From Scyliorhinus canicula (lineage: Eukaryota): 64,000 nucleotides of DNA. The notes beneath the pieces are model-generated. The model saw only the letters and a list, made by a program, of their open reading frames with translations, did not search any database and had not been told where the DNA came from. The position numbers were made by a program, and so were the translations under genes. The stretch's first letter is position 1. Every line of letters starts with the position of its first letter. Below, one piece after another: positions 62,521 to 64,000 of this stretch. Where the stretch lies: positions 94,633,304-94,697,303 of the forward strand of contig NC_052151.1 of the NCBI RefSeq assembly GCF_902713615.1, written 5' to 3'.

Positions 62521-63129
62521 AGTCATTTCTTCAAGTTTCCTAAGACTATTAAATTGATGTGACCATCAATTCACAAGACACGTGGTTGGAAGTGAACAGT
62601 GGTTTTAATAGTCTTACAACTGAGCCTGCCTGCGACGAGATGAACTGGCAGCAGGCTCACAACTGCAGATCTTTATACTTCCAGTTAGCGGGAGGAGCCA
62701 TGGGCGGAACCATGGGTGGAGCCCAGTACAAACTCCACATCTCCCCCTATGGGCAGAGCCGTGCAACTGCTCGTATACCGAGCTTACAGAGACACAACAC
62801 ATACAATATAACACAGTGTGAATTACTAGTATTGTGATTAACCACAGCACCCTACCCAAGCCCACACCTCCATTCTATCCCCATAACCCAGCAACCCCAC
62901 CCAATACTAAGGGCAATTTTGGAAACTAAGGGCAATTTAGCATGGCCGATCTACCTAACCTGCACATCTTTGGACTGTGGGAGGAAACCGGAGCACCCGA
63001 AGGAAACCCACGCACACACGGGGAGAACGTGCAGACTCCACACAGGCAGTGACCCAAGTCGGGAATTGAACCTGGGACCCTGGAGCTGTGAAATAATTGT
63101 GCAAACCACTATGCGACCGTGCTGCCCAA

Positions 63130-63900
63130 CCAATGTGGTTGGTTTACTTTTGTTTCAGGTCAATGGTAATGCTTAGCATGTTGATGGTTGGGGATTTGAT
63201 TATTGTAACGACATTTAATGTCAAAGAGAGGTAGCTATATTCCCTCTTGTTGGAAAAGGTCATTGCCTGACACTTACGTGACCATTATCACGTCTGGACG
63301 TCATCTGAGTCTTGTTACCAGTGTGCCAGGAATCCTTCATTATCTGAGGAATTCTGAATTAAGCTAATCACTGGGCAGCCATTAGCAAATATCCCCATTT
63401 CTGACATAAACATAAAATGCCGGATATACTGGAGCTGAGATGAATGGAAAGCTTCAAGAGGCTAAGAGAAAAGGAGGGCGAGTACAAGGAGAGATTTAAA
63501 TATCATGGTGAGAAATCTAAAATTGACACATTACTTAATCAAGGGCAATGTAGGTTGTAAGCATAGGATTTGTAGGCGAATGAGACATGATTTGAGTAGT
63601 CAATGGGGAACAGTCTTGAAGGGCTTACATTTACAAAGGATGGAAGATGGGAGACCTAAAATAGTCAAGTCTTTTTTAATTTGTACATGGGTTGTAGTGG
63701 CGCACAACACAATGAAGGGCTTCCTCGTTGTGAAGGCGGGACTTTGTCTCCACAAAGACTGTGCGATTGCCAGTCCTGGCAATACTGTCATGGACTGATA
63801 CATCTGTGACAGGTAGCGTGGTAAGGACAAGGTCAAGTAGGTTTTTCCCACTTTTGGTTCGCAAGTCTGAAGATGAGAAAACACAGATAATGGTTTCTGC
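63130..63900 (-). mobile_element. Old LINE fragments (RT end and APE endonuclease end)
   Basis: GKNLLDLVLTTLPVTDVSVHDSI..VFVETK (63676-63903). Confidence 0.55.
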
Positions 63901-64000
63901 CATAGATGGGCTGGGAGGATGGGGCAGCTATAGTGAGGGAAGGTCAGTGATGGTCTTTGGATTTAGAAGGTAGGACATGAAGCTTGTGGTGGGAGTCAAA

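Larger units (their letters stand above)
58202..62846 (-). mobile_element. Ty3/Gypsy LTR retrotransposon B (complete, decayed provirus)
   Basis: 5' LTR 62846-62555, 3' LTR 58466-58202 (with ~27-bp deletion), 5-bp TSD GCACC, PPT cagggggtgaa. Confidence 0.97.
58132..63128 (-). mobile_element. SINE split by Gypsy B (58132-58201 tail; 62847-63128 body/head)
   Basis: Halves join across TSD GCACC into the same SINE family as 5458 and 41797. Confidence 0.85.

Overview
Eukaryotic, intron-rich, transposon-dominated window. The repeat landscape (CR1 LINEs with SGNH-esterase ORF1, tRNA-derived SINEs with CR1-type tails, Penelope-like, Rex1/Babar-like, Harbinger, hAT, Ty3/Gypsy) suggests a cartilaginous-fish (shark-like) genome; this is inference. 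Most listed ORFs are TE fragments or antisense shadows. Main contents: (1) a near full-length CR1 (7849-12343, -) nested with a solo LTR inside a Rex1-like fragment; (2) two related, decayed Ty3/Gypsy proviruses (24448-28848 +; 58202-62846 -); (3) three solo LTRs with TSDs; (4) a Penelope-like element, two Harbinger remnants, MITEs, L1 remnants and many SINEs; (5) probable last two coding exons plus 3' UTR of an unidentified minus-strand host gene (57036-56828, 47416-~46300; C-terminus ...RKDGYLEV*), and two weaker candidate minus-strand exons (20450-20371, 7696-7597). Most striking signal: both Gypsy elements lack a tRNA primer-binding site. Instead, the sequence just after the 5' LTR is perfectly complementary (15 and 13 nt, covarying, same 50-nt loop) to the LTR segment ending in the poly(A) signal, and both encode a YLDN rather than YxDD RT motif. 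This is a candidate self-priming / poly(A)-occluding retrotransposon system.
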